DNA of 64,000 bases from Picochlorum sp. SENEW3. Lineage: Eukaryota. The position numbers and the translations under genes are program-made. How positions within the stretch are numbered: position 1 is the stretch's first letter; each line of letters starts with the position of its first letter. The stretch spans positions 186,001-250,000 of the forward strand of contig CP120463.1 of assembly GCA_034226945.1 (NCBI GenBank), given 5' to 3'. Below are positions 33,019-45,831 of this stretch, piece after piece. The notes under the pieces were generated by a model. The model saw nothing but the letters and a program-made list of their open reading frames with translations. It was not told the DNA's origin and searched no databases.

Positions 33019-34346
33019 TTACATTCCCTGAAGATCTCGCATGAAATTCTGTGCCAACCTTGACAGTTTCCCACCAGCATCTGATGCCATGGATCGCAAC
33101 TGCTGCATATCCTGCCGCGCTGTCAGCGAAATCTTTGACACAAGATCCGATGCTGATTGGTCCACACTGTTCGATCGAGATTCCTTCCCAAAGTATGCAT
33201 CGGATGAAATAGCTGCAGACCCTTGGAACTGAGCAAGCTTTGTCTGCCTTTCATAGTCATTTTCCCTACTCGTCTCATTGAAATACGTGGCTGAAGAAAT
33301 AGACTTTGCATTCCCAAATCTCTGCTGCGCGTCTCCAGAAGTTTCAGTTTGTTTAGGCTTGGTGCCACGAGATGGCTTTCCAAAGGCTGAGCTTCTTCCT
33401 GCACTTCCACTGGTGCCTGTAGGAGACAGAGTCTCTGGCTGCTTTGGGCTTGTAGCAGTCCCCATTGGGTTGGAGAAGAAATCATCATTCATATCCAGTT
33501 GGACATGTCCATCCTTTCCTCTCTGAACAGTAGACTTCTTCTCCTCCAACGCATCAAGAGCAAATCTGGACGACCTTCTCGATGGCAAACTCTCTTCCTC
33601 AGCAGTATCATCAACAGCCTCAACCTCCTCCGGCTCCTCCTCAGCAGGAGCCTGTTCAAACAATGATTCATCCACCTTCTTTGACATTTTCTTTATAACC
33701 AAACCACCCTTGCCCGCTCGTCTCGCAGGAGCTCGCCCCTTGCCTCCAACTTTGGTGGTTGCAACCGAAGTTGCCTTGCTCTTTGTCATGGTTGCTGGCT
33801 TCTCCTTCGCCTGCTCTGCATCCTCAAATGTCGGAGACGCTGGAGTCGCCACACTGGTATGAACACCCTGGGCCACATCCTTCTCCAACTGCTTCTTATA
33901 CAGCTGTGCAGCCCGTGAAGAATACTTGGCCTCAATCTTGTCAGAACCAACCTCGTCCCATCCGTGTTGTTTGAAGAATGTCCTCGCCCGTTGATTCCCA
34001 CCAACCGCCATAATTTGAAGCTGTTCCTCAGTCCACGAATCCAACGTCGTTGAACGCACAAAACTCAAATGAACACCCAAACTTCGGTGGATGCCCGCAC
34101 ACGACAAGCAAATGAAAACGCCATACGGGACAGAAGCCCACGTAGGATTCTTTGCTGGACAATCAAAGCATACCTACATATGCATGTATCAAAATCAGAC
34201 GCAATGGCACCGACGCGGTTGCCAACCACACCAGACGAGTGACAATCGATACTGTAACCACCGGGAGTCGAAGCACACCCACACACCTTGTTCTCAGGCT
34301 TTGCCCTCAGTTTTCTGAATAAAGTATCTCTTTCTAGCCGTGGCAT
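33019..34346 (-). CDS. ARF GTPase-activating protein, Glo3/AGD8-10 type (intron 34174-34286)
   Basis: [38 protein letters not shown]; two ISS..F (Glo3) motifs. Confidence 0.92.
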
Positions 34347-34682
34347 GCTTGTCAGTATCAAACAAATACACCAACGTGCTGAGTCGTTGTCGCTTCCCTA
34401 CTGATGGTTGGCTCTCCGAGCTCAGGTCCAGAGATGCCTATAATCAACCCCTCGTTGATTATGCTACTACTATTCAGAATATAATTATATTTTCCAACAC
34501 AGGAGGCGGGTGATACGTGGTCTGAAGAGTCTCATGGTTGGTTACAGCTGTCCCTCTCGAATTCCTAATTCCTAATTAGCGAGAATCTGGGCCTAGGCCT
34601 ATTGTACAGGATTGTGTTGATCATAGCACATCCTTTTGGTCGTGAGACATGATTGGAAACTACTGCCTTCTTCAGGAGTAGT

Positions 34683-35783
34683 ATGGTATCGAGTGCTCGG
34701 CTTGTCTTGAGAGTAGCACGAGTGTCTGTTTCTGTTGGCTTTCACGGAGCGAGCGGATTTTCTAGTTCACAGAGGATTGTACATACGATGGCCTCGAGTC
34801 AAAGATATATTGATATCGGGGCGAATTTGCTGGATGGGATGTACAGAGGGAAATATCATGGAAAAGAATATCACGCTGGGGACTTGAACAGGGTGTTGGA
34901 GCGGTCCTGGGGGGCTGGCGTTGATAAGATACTTGTGACAGCTGGGACGTTGGATGAAGCGAAAGAGGCATTAGATTTGTGTCGACAGGATGGTGCGTGA
35001 GTAGGATTCGATTTGTGAAGAGAAAGAACAAGATGTGGATGTTGTTGTTGTTGCTCTTCTTCTTCTGCAGATAGATTGTACATGACCGTTGGTGTTCATC
35101 CGACGCGAGGGAATGAATGGGCATTGTATTCAAATGGTGGTCCAGAGGCGTATATGAAGGAATTGGAGGCTGTTATCGAGCAAGCGCGGGGTGAATGCAA
35201 GGTGGTGGCTATCGGGGAGTGTGGGCTTGATTACGATAGGTTGCAGTTTTGTGACGCAGATGTTCAGAAAGCGTGTTTCAGGGAGCATTTCAAGCTCTCG
35301 AAGAAATATGATTTGCCAATGTTTTTGCATTCTCGGGCGACAGGGGGTGATATGGGCAGGATCCTTGAAGAGTATCATAGCATGATGCCAAAGGGTGGTG
35401 TGGTGCATTCTTTTGACGGCTCGTATGAAGAGATGCAAGAGCTTGTTGGTATGGAAGGTATATATATTGGAATTAATGGATGTTCTCTGAAGACAGAAGA
35501 GAACCTGAGCGTTGTGGCACAGATTCCCATGGACAAGTTGATGTTAGAGACTGATGCTCCTTGGTGTGGATTGAGACCGTCTCATGCGTCGTCAGCGCAT
35601 GTAAAAACGACGATTCAAGCAAAGGATAAAAAGAAGCACGATATCGAAAGTCAAGTGAAGGGGAGGAATGAACCTTGCAATATATGTCAAGTTTGTGAGG
35701 TGGTGGCAAGCGTGAAGGGGCTCAGTGTGGAGGATGTTAGTGCCAAGGCATACGCAAATACGATGAATCTGTTTTTTACATGA
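34683..35783 (+). CDS. TatD family DNase, TATDN1-like (intron 34993-35070)
   Basis: IDIGANL, TVGVHPT, AIGECGLDYDR, FLHSR, VVHSFDG, ETDAPWC, RNEP. Confidence 0.92.
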
Positions 35784-35791
35784 CACAAATT

Positions 35792-37114
35792 TTATTTACC
35801 AGCTCCACCTGTGCGGAGTGCTTGCAAGATTCGGCCTCCACCTGGAACTGGATGTGTTCCAGTATACTGCCCCAATTGGGCCTCGGAGTTTGCCTTTGCA
35901 AGCTTGACAAGAATATCTTGGGCTTTGTTCCAATCCTCAGATCCAATATCAGCTCCAGCCCATGTTTTCAAGGTTGTTGATTGCAAGGCACGGCCATAGG
36001 AGAAGGTAAGGGACCATGGGGCATTAGGGCATGCTTCCTGAAGGGCCTGAAGATTTTGTGTGCTCTCTTCTTCAGACATTCCTCCAGACAAAAAGTGGAT
36101 TCCTGGAACTGCTGCTGGAATTGTTCTAAGCATAGTTCTCACTGTATACTTGGCGACCTCCTCTGGGGATGCAGATGGTGCATCAAGCCCAGGCAAACAC
36201 ATGTTTGGCTTCAAGAGCATACCTTCCTTCAGGATGCCGTATTCATTCAAGAAGCGCATGACATGGCTATATACGTATTCACTCCAATAAGCAGTTTCCT
36301 CAATGCTGTAAGATCCTGGGCCCAGTGTGACTTCAGGCTCAACAATTGGTACCAGCCCATTCGCTTGGGCAATTTGGGCGTATCTGGCCAGTCCATGGGC
36401 ATTCTCCAAAATAGCTTGGTTGCTTGGACCAGACTCATCAGTGATACGGAGCACTGCTCTCCATTTTGCAAATCGTGCACCCTGCTTGTAATATGCTTCA
36501 CAGCGAGCCCCCAGGTTGTCCAAACCTTGGGTTGTAGTCTCTCCATCAGACCCTGGAAGAACCTGAAGACCTGTGTCAACCTTGATGCCTGGAACGATTC
36601 CCTGTTTCTTCAACACATCAACAAACTGGACTCCATCATGAGTAGACTGATACAAAGTTTCTTCGAACATGATGGCTCCAGAGATGTACTGCCCAAGACC
36701 AGGAGCGGTGTACAAGAGTTGCCTCCAGTTTCTCCTCATTGTTTCCGTATTTTCCACCCCCACAGAATCCAGCCTCTTCCCGGTAGTTGCATTCGACTCA
36801 TCACTGGCCAAGATACCCTTCCCGCGGGTGGCAATGTACTTTGCATTGGCTGCCAATTCCTCTTCGAAAGGGTTGCTCGCTCGTGCCTTGACGACACACC
36901 GTGCTGCACGATGCTGCCTGATAGAGCGAGATCTACCCACAGAAGGGGCAGATATGTGCTGAATTTTGGATTGCTGTAAACCTGCATGCCAAAGAGTCTT
37001 GGTAATGCGATGCCAGCTCGTGGGTAGACATGTGCGTGTTGAATCACGTATGACTCATGTTCTGTTTAGATGGAATCGAATGGAAATCATTAACGTACTC
37101 AAAGTTTGTATCAT
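35792..37114 (-). CDS. Class I fructose-bisphosphate aldolase, probably plastid-targeted (16-nt first exon 37099-37114)
   Basis: GKGILASDES, GIKVD, AKWR, VPIVEPE, LLKPNM, FLSGGMSEEE, FSYGRALQ; transit peptide ending VVKARA. Confidence 0.93.
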
Positions 37115-37311
37115 TGTATTTGATCAATGCAATAGAAATAATGATTGAAAATTGTCAATCGCAGGCACCGAAACGACCAAGTCTTATCCAGATGATGCCA
37201 GGGTTACAATTGTAAGAGTCATCACATGCCAAAATTACACATGATAAGGATATGATCATCTGGAGATATATATTGTTACAACATGTTCTATACATTCAAC
37301 GCTATGTAGGG

Positions 37312-38408
37312 TTACTCTGCATCACGAGTGTCCTTCTCAGGAGGGGGAACAATCACCACTGGAATATGCAAGTGCTTTGCACACCAGTCAGAGACACTAC
37401 CAAGTCCAAGAACACCCAACACGCTCCTTTTGAAGTCTCCCATACATCGTGAGCCCAATACAACTGCATCAATATCGTTCGCTTTCACATATTTTTGAAT
37501 AGCAAGTGATACATCACTCGCTCCTCCTTCTGATTCGAGAACCTCACACACAATGCTCTCTTCAGAAATGCCCATCTCAACAGCCTTTCTGGAAGATTCT
37601 TTCACATTATCTTCTGCTATACGATGCAGTTTCTGATCCTCTTGCTCTATTTCTTTCTGTGACAACACATGTGCAGCTGAACAGTCCTCTTCAGCAATCT
37701 GCAAGACAAGACAGATTATCATCATTGCATCCTGTTGCACGTCACGTCACACAAGACACGTACATCATATGGCGCTGGTAATGACACTGATGCAATATGA
37801 AGCGTATTTCCTTTTTGGAAGGCATGTGTACACGCCCATTCAACTGCTGCCCTGCTGCTTGTTGAATCATCCACACACACAAGAATCTTCTCCAAAGCGT
37901 GAACCTTGTCATCAGGCTGGTGCACAATACACACAGGAATATGAAGATGATGAGCAGAATATTGACCTACCGAACCAAATCCAATCAAGCTCATCAGAGC
38001 ACTCTTCGCAGCCCCCATGTGACGACTTCCAAGTATCAAGCAATCTGCCTTGCTCTTTGTACACCAATTCACAATGCTCTCTGCCACTCCAGATGCCCCT
38101 CCAATTGCCTCGAGCGCATGCAATGACGGATGAAAATCATTGAATACGTTCTCCGCTGTCCTCTGTAACAAATTGTCCACGCGTGCTGCTTCCTCCTGTT
38201 TTCTGTGAGCATACGTTTCAGCAACAAGGCCAACAGGGCCACTCGTCGTCAGCGGTGGAATCGGAGCAACATCACCAGGCACAATATACTTTACAGATAA
38301 CAAGTGAACCCTATCCTCTGGTCGAAGCAGAGACCCTTTCGCCCACGAACAGGCAACTTTCGAACTTTCGCTGTCATCCACCGCAATGGCAATGACTCTT
38401 CCACTCAT
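37312..38408 (-). CDS. Tandem-domain universal stress protein (intron 37699-37763)
   Basis: Two USP repeats: IAVDDS..GSRHMG..GSVGQY and VCVDDS..GSRCMG..GSVSDW. Confidence 0.88.
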
Positions 38409-39134
38409 TCTTACAAATAGATACTGAATTCTTTACTTGCGTAGAAATTTATTTATTTATTTTCGATGATGGCACCTGTACTATGCCTCTCCTCTCATTG
38501 ACGAGAGAGACCCTCCTCCGAGGATTCCGGAAATCGGACGACATGCCACGTCATCAATCTCTGGCAGCAACGTTGCTGTGCAGTATCTTGGTCAAAAATC
38601 GACTTGTAGTGCCACTACATACAGATAAATGCAGAAACGTATAGAACAGGAAGGTGGTGCAAAAAAGATAAACGGATAGTTAATTGATGCTTTGTTGCTC
38701 TTGTTGTCTGCTACAACACGTGGCAAATTGTAACGCTTTCCCTCCTTATGATTCCGACATTCTTCTCCTCCTCATTCCGGCCAAAATAGTAGCTGCCGTC
38801 ATTTCATCATTCTTTTTTTCGCACAAGGCCTTCAAGTCTTTTTTGAGACTTTCATGTGTAATAAAACATGTACATGTTCATGTGGATCGTGACAACATTG
38901 AGATCCCAGCGAGTAAACGTTCCGTCCGGTACCCAGTGATACTATTTCATGCAAAGTTTCCATTTTTTAGAGCTTCATGCAAATAAATATTAATAATTAG
39001 TCCTTAAGAATGCAATGGATGGTAGAAGAAGAGAGTATAGAGCGGTGGGTGCTGAGTATCAGCCAGGGGCTGGCAACGAATCCTTTTCCTTTTCAACACC
39101 AATGAAAAGGTGTTGAAAGATGTGCAAGCACATC

Positions 39135-39791
39135 TCAGTCGAAGTCACTATCCTCATCAGAATCTCCAATGGGTATCGAACCACCCTTTCGAATGAGTCC
39201 CTGCTGATGCACAGCAGGCTTTAATGGTTTATGACACGGGCGTTCAAATAGGACGCCTGCCTGGATCAGCCTGGCCTCTAGCACGTTGGTATCAAAGTCT
39301 TCGACCCCCCCTAATTCATCCAAACCAACGATATAATCCGTTGTTTTCTCATTCTTAACAATAGCGAGGGTAGGAAGCATCCAAATCCGAAGTCTTTCTG
39401 CCAGGAATGGAGCCTTCTCTGCTTCAATCTTGAGAAACCTCGTCTCCAAATGCGATGCACACAAGGTCCTCAGGTGCTTCTCCATCACATGACATGGAGG
39501 CGATTCTCTATAGAAGAGACATACTAATCGTTCCTCACTCTTCATTTCTTTAAAGAAATCCCGCTCTTGCACCTCTTGGAACTCTCCATGCCCACGAGCA
39601 ATCCATTCCTCCTTTCTAGATTCATTCCTCTTCATCTCTTCCAAGCGCCTACGGCGTATAGACTCCAAATCATCCTCTCCCAAGTTTTCCAACTTGTGCA
39701 ACTGCGTATCCAGCTCATTCTCCATAGTCTGTGCCGCCTGGAGAAGGCTGTGCTCCAACGCTTGCTGTACAGCGTCTCCTCCTCCCGCCAT
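39135..39791 (-). CDS. Phosducin-like protein 3 / TXNDC9
   Basis: RRRRLEEMK, GHGEF, ETRFLKIEAEKAPFLAERLRIWMLPTL, GLDELGG. Confidence 0.9.
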   Translation of the reverse strand: MAGGGDAVQQALEHSLLQAAQTMENELDTQLHKLENLGEDDLESIRRRRLEEMKRNESRKEEWIARGHGEFQEVQERDFFKEMKSEERLVCLFYRESPPCHVMEKHLRTLCASHLETRFLKIEAEKAPFLAERLRIWMLPTLAIVKNEKTTDYIVGLDELGGVEDFDTNVLEARLIQAGVLFERPCHKPLKPAVHQQGLIRKGGSIPIGDSDEDSDFD

Positions 39792-40161
39792 CCTTTCGAC
39801 GACGCAACTTCAATCGATCAATAGATGAATAACAATAGAATAGGAAGTCGTGTACAGATCAACTGTATCCAAGGCATTCGACGCCAGTCAACTCGGGCAA
39901 CAAGAAGAGTGTAATTTCAAACTCGATCAGTCAATATTCCACATAGGTCATCCTTGTCATAGCGAATCACTTGGTTCTATTTAAATTTTATTTAATATTC
40001 GTTGAAGGACGACAGCGCATTCAGATATGACCGTAGCGATGTAAATAAACTGCATTCATCGGGTCTTCTAGATGGTTACAGCTATTGCCGTGACCATCAC
40101 CCAGAGCACCCAATTTGGATTAGACTCCTCTGACTCTCTACTAGTAGCAGTATATAGAAAC

Positions 40162-42920
40162 ATGAATGTAGCTATATATTGTAGTTCCCATGGGTTGGGT
40201 CATCTCACTCGATGCCTGGAAGTGGGAGAAGGGCTGATAGCTCTGGGACACTCTGGTGCGTCTGTCCTTGTGTCAGAGTGCTGATGAGTCGTATCAGTAC
40301 CTTTTTCTTGATGTTCAATGCAGTGACTATTGTCACAAAGCTGGGGAATTGCCAGATATTGGGCGAGTGTTGTACAGAGACCATGACAATGGCTGTTGGA
40401 GGAAGGGGCCAACAGGATGGGGTTGCACCAAACGTGCTGCGTATTAGGGACGTGGTTGCGGATGCTGGAGCAAGGCAGAGGGACGTTTTTTCTGTTGATG
40501 TTGAGGAGACTATGCATGCGTATCAGCACTTTTATGAGAACGCGGACGACATTTGCGAGAGAGAAAGAGCTTGGTTGATTGACAATCAGACACATGTAGT
40601 GGTGTCTGATGTCGTGCCGTTTGCACTGCGCGCTGCTGAGATGGCTGGCATTCCTTCTTGTTGTTTATCTAATTTTACTTGGGATTATATTTATTCATCT
40701 TTTGGGGAGGGTGTGCGGGAGCGGTATAGCGAGATGCTCATGCATTTGGAGCAGGAGTTGTATTCCAGAGCCAGTGTGTATCTGAGGCTTCCGGGGGCGT
40801 GCCCTTGTCTTCCTCAATTGGAGGAGGTGGCCATTGATATTCCGATGATTGCTAGGAGAAGCAGAAAAGGCTGTAGAGAGGTTCGAGAGCGACTGGGGTT
40901 GGATGATGCACACAGGGTTTGCTTGGTGATGCTTGGGGGTCACAGGCTTTCTGGGGTAGGGAATTTTTCCGCTCATGATATTATATTGCCTGATGGTTGG
41001 ATCTGCATCATGACGCCTTCCATATGGAGAGATATGTCTGAGGATGGTTCTACTCGAGTGCCAGAGCATGTTAGAGTTATACCTGATGCTGATGCATACA
41101 TGCCTGACATCATTGAGTGTTCTGATGTAGTTCTGGGAAAGGTTGGTTTCGGGACTGTGGGAGAGTGTTTGTCGTCGAAAACACCTCTGGTATATGTAAA
41201 AAGGGAGAATTTCGCAGAAGAAGAGCATTTGATTCGGTTGCTGGATAGTCACCAGTCTGGTTTTGAAATCTCAAAGGAATCATTTGTATCTGGAGATTGG
41301 AGGTTTGTGGGCGACGTTGTTGCGACTTTGAATCCTATTCAAATCTCAGCACATGGCGCTCGTGTCGCGGCGGAGTTGATCGCTCAAGTGTCGCGGGTGT
41401 ACCGAATTCGGTACACCTTTCGAAAGGTGTGTGGTACGGTACCGAGTGATGATATCAGACACCTCTGTTTCGGCTTGGTCGCCCAGTTGAACAGACAGGA
41501 ATGTGGCGGTGATGATGCGTCTGGATTATTTAATTACAAGGATAACATTTACATAAATAGAGCCCCCGGGCGTCTCGACGTGTTTGGAGGCATTGCGGAT
41601 TACTCCTGGTCGTGGGCACTGGAGGTGCCTACATCAGAGGCAACTTTTGTGGCCACTCAGTTTCAGACCACAGGTGATGTGCCACGTGATGACAATATCC
41701 TGATACGAATTATATCCCCCTCTCCAGATACAGCAGCACGATCTTCAAGTTTCGTATCCATTCCCTTGTCTGAAATTGTGTCATGGACTGACCAAGGCAT
41801 GCTGTTTCTACCGAGAAGTTACGATTTTGCAAATCTGAGGCGGCGTCTGAAAAGAAATCCCCCCGAATCATGGATTGCATACATAGTTGGAGCATTCGTT
41901 GTTCTAGCAGAGAAGAAAATGGCATTTCTTCCGAAAAATGTTGGAAGCATAGCTATTCTTGTCAAGAGTACTGTACCTGAGGGTGCTGGTGTTTCTAGTT
42001 CTGCAGCGCTCGAAGTAGCCTCACTTGTTTCCATTGCTGCAGCTCTGGGTATCTGCTTTGAAAAGCATGAGGTGCCGCTTTTAGCCCAGCGGATAGAAAA
42101 TGTCATCGTCGGAGTGAGCTGTGGTTTAATGGATATGGTAGCATCGTATCTTGGGATGGCCAATTCCCTTCTGAGTCTCCGCTGTTCTGATCCCGTTCAA
42201 ATTTTTGGTCAAATCAAAATACCTGACAATTTACGCATCTGGGGTGTCTACTCCGGAGTGCGACATTGTACAGGATCGTCACGATACACATCTGTGCGCA
42301 TTGGGGCATTCATGGGAAAGAAGATTATACAGACTGATGGATCAGGGCCACCCATTCAGGCTCTCACTGATCTGACTCCTACAGAATTCGAAGAAAAATA
42401 TATGCATCTGATTCCTGACACTATTTTAGGGACAGACTTCTTATCTCGGTACCATTCCCATGATGACCCAGCAACCAAGATTGACCTAGATGTTGTCTAC
42501 GAGGTAAAGCACGCTACTTGCCATCCAATCTACGAGAATTCTCGTGTCAAGCGATTCACTGAATTTATCAAAGATCCTCAGAAGTCAAGTAATAGGCTGC
42601 AGTGCGAGCTCATGGGAGAGCTCATGTACGAGAGCCACCAGTCGTACTCAAATTGTGGGCTTGGCAGCAGTGAGACTGATCTTCTCGTTAACCTTGCTCG
42701 TAATATTGGCCCATCTCAAGGCATTTTCGGTGCCAAAATCAGTGGAGGTGGCTGTGGTGGAACTGTCTGTATTCTGACGACCAACGATAGCAGAGCAGAG
42801 GCATCCATACAAAGGATCCGACAGGAATACCAACAGGAAACAGGCATTCAAACATACTTGTTTCGAGCCAGTTCTGGCGGAAGCCGCACTTTCGGAACCG
42901 CCATTGTAACCTTGCAATAG
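40162..42920 (+). CDS. L-arabinokinase-like protein: glycosyltransferase-fold N-terminus plus GHMP kinase (intron 40256-40323)
   Basis: SHGLGHLTR, SNFTWDYIY, GKVGFGTV, RAPGRLDVFGGIADYS, VPEGAGVSSSAA, GAKISGGGCGG. Confidence 0.88.
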
Positions 42921-43479
42921 TAAGTTGTCATATTATATGGATAAACTGCTTCTGTAAAGCGGCTTGCCTACTGCAATAGCAGATGGTCCATGGGAACATG
43001 GGCCTTGTCTCGCCTGCCCTCAGCATGGCAAAACTGTCTGCCTGTCGATTAATTAACAGGTCAGGCCCGTTATTTCGTTCCTGATACCTGCAAGTAGCAC
43101 TCTACTGGTTCTGAAATGGTCACATCTACTGCGGATGGTGCTTCTCTTCCCGCTGAGCTGGTTTCTACAACACTGCCAGCATAACACTGTTGGGTTCGGT
43201 CTTCTGCGTCGATTGACGCGCACGGAAATGGTAGACTGCTGCCGCGATTACTTGTGATCCATACACAAAATTATTCACCGACTCATCGGCGCATAGTAGG
43301 CTGTTGTAGACGTATGAGGAAGCGGCGGGCGTAGTAGTCGCTTGACTCCACGTCACGCGCCAAGGCTGCACCGGAACGCTTATTGATTAGATTCGTCGGT
43401 CGAGGGTGGTGAGTGATGGGCACTCCACGGGATAGAGGGCTATTTACTTTGACCCTGGTGAATCCCAACGAGGAAATGG

Positions 43480-43486
43480 TATAAAT
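43480..43486 (+). promoter_or_regulatory. TATA box upstream of rbcS
   Basis: TATAAAT about 100 nt upstream of the rbcS ATG. Confidence 0.5.
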
Positions 43487-43584
43487 TCCTCAAATCCTCT
43501 GTGGAGAAGCATTCCAAATCACTACTACAGTTTTATTGCATTTGATCCAAGTTCATTTGTCAAAGAACAATCAATCAATCTACA

Positions 43585-44390
43585 ATGGCTGCTACAATCT
43601 CTGCATCTATGATCAAGGCTCCAGTTGCTGCTCGCCAGCAGACTGCCCTCACCCAGGCCAAGACTGCCAAGCCAGCCATGGTCTCCAACGTGAACGCCAA
43701 GAAGACCAACGCTTTCCTCGTCTGGCAGCCAACTGACAACAAGGTACGTAAGAATATCATTACTGCTGGGTCTAGAGGGCATTTGATGTGTTGCTGCTGT
43801 AGTAGGAAAATTTTCCTACTACAGGTCAGGGCGAGGCACAATGCGCGTTCGATTTAGCTCTGTAAGGATATAAACATTTGAGAAATGATAATTTACATCG
43901 CTTAGAATAGGACATTGTGCTGCATCGTGGGCTTTGAGACTCGGTGGTAGGAATGGGTACAAGACCTGACCTGTTGGTGTATATGGTGATGCAGTTCTTC
44001 GAGACTTTCTCTTTCCTTCCAGCTCTCTCTGATGACGAGATCTCCAAGCAGGTGGACTACATGGTCGGAAACGGATGGACTCCATGCCTTGAGTTCTCTG
44101 ACCCAGAGACCGCCTACACTGGATCCCAGAACACCGAGAGAATGGGAGCAGTCACCTCTGGATACCAGGACAACCGCTACTGGACAATGTGGAAGCTTCC
44201 AATGTTCGGATGCTCCGATGGATCCCAGGTCCTCGGTGAGATGAAGCAGTGCACCAAGGCTTTCCCAAATGCTTACATTCGTTTGGTCGCCTTCGACGCT
44301 GTCCGTCAGGTGCAGATGTGCGGATTCTTGGTGCACCGCCCACCAAACTGCACTGAGTTCCAGGATCCAAGCAGCCGCTCCATTGCCTAA
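43585..44390 (+). CDS. RBCS: Rubisco small subunit (exons 43585-43743, 43995-44390)
   Basis: Transit peptide, [34 protein letters not shown]. Confidence 0.97.
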
Positions 44391-44781
44391 ATTGGCACTG
44401 GAGTCCTTCTGACAGCAGTATCGTATGCCTTTGGGCTGTGATACTGTATGTTGCAGGAGGAGAATGGGCAGGAATCTGGTGCTGCCCTACAGTCAGCATC
44501 CCTGAGTAATGCTGTCGTTATACAGATTTGTGCGTTTCATGTTCCACAAAATCAGCTGAGATCATTCTGATTGCTTGATATTGATGCATCTGCGGGCCAA
44601 GCACAAGTCATCTTTGTTAGCAATTAACTGGATGTTGATGATGTGTATTGAAATGCGGGCATCTGTGGACGATAGCAGCAGCATTACTCAGGCAATTTTG
44701 TGAATCATGAATTTTATGCTATAATTTGTAGAGCTACTACTGTAAAAAGGGATGTGTTCGCAAATGAATCTTACAGGACAT

Positions 44782-45546
44782 CTACGGTGTAAAGCTATCT
44801 ACAGCTTTGAGCAGCATTGGACCCAGTTGTTTTGTCTGTTCAACAGTGCACGAGCCGGTGACTGTGTAAAATCGTCTCAAACCCTTGGGGTTTTCCCCGA
44901 AACAAACAGATGTCCACACGCGACGAGTGGCGTCCCCTGGCTTGGCCGTCTCATATTCGATGACATACTTCCCTGAACTCTCCTTTGCAGAGATCAACTT
45001 GGCAGTCACCACTGGCATATTCGGGTCACCCTTTGTCATATAACTTCTATCCATGGAAACTACAAGCTTCTCACCAAAATCAATCGCGGATCCAAACGAG
45101 CCAAGCCCTGTGTAATCAGCCCCTGGTGTCTTGACGGTAATAGCAATGCTGGCCCGGTCCGGATTCAAAGCTGGATAAAACCCAACCACTCGTTGCATCC
45201 CTGCCGCATTACTGAATCTATCCATCTTCTTCTGCCCAAGATCTCCGGTTCCTAGGGCCCATCCAGCCGGAACCAGAATCGAGAATCCGTCCAGATCATC
45301 CGAGTATCTGTCCAGCTTGGTCCCATCCTCTTGCTCTTCCACTGCAAAGGCAGTCTGCCTTCCAAACAAATCCAATACCAAGCCCGAAGAGACACAATAT
45401 AATAAACCGTGTCTTCGAGACAGGATCGGACTCGATCGTGGAGCAGTGTTTGAAATCGTTGTGTTGTTTTGTGCTTTTTTCCCAGCAGAGGAGGAAAACA
45501 CTACAACTCCCCCACGCCCCGTCCTAGATGGGCGAAGAACCTTCAT
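44782..45546 (-). CDS. PsbP domain-containing protein, PPD3-like
   Basis: Bipartite transit with SRR and AFA cleavage site, FSILVP..W, DYTGLGSFG, SMDRS, FYTVTG, SF terminus. Confidence 0.8.
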   Translation of the reverse strand: MKVLRPSRTGRGGVVVFSSSAGKKAQNNTTISNTAPRSSPILSRRHGLLYCVSSGLVLDLFGRQTAFAVEEQEDGTKLDRYSDDLDGFSILVPAGWALGTGDLGQKKMDRFSNAAGMQRVVGFYPALNPDRASIAITVKTPGADYTGLGSFGSAIDFGEKLVVSMDRSYMTKGDPNMPVVTAKLISAKESSGKYVIEYETAKPGDATRRVWTSVCFGENPKGLRRFYTVTGSCTVEQTKQLGPMLLKAVDSFTP

Positions 45547-45831
45547 ATTTCACGCGTTTGTCAATACTGGTCAGTTCTATATCGAATAGCGTTCTTTCTG
45601 GATATCGGAGGCATTCGAATGGTGGTTGCATGTGGAAAGAAAACAAATAGTCTGTGCGGTCCAGAATACCTGTTGACCGCTCCAATGTATCGATGTGATC
45701 CCGTCCCTCTGACCCCAACATGCTGACTCGTCACATTGGATGCATTAATCGCGCATCCCAGCCACATTCTGTGATATATCTATACCCCTATTTATAGCAA
45801 TACCTGCGTCTGAGTCCGAAAACCCTGAACC

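Noticed and set aside
38684..38986. 100-aa ORF between USP and PLP3
   Set aside because: Non-ATG start and no motifs; the opposite-strand frame is interrupted by a stop.
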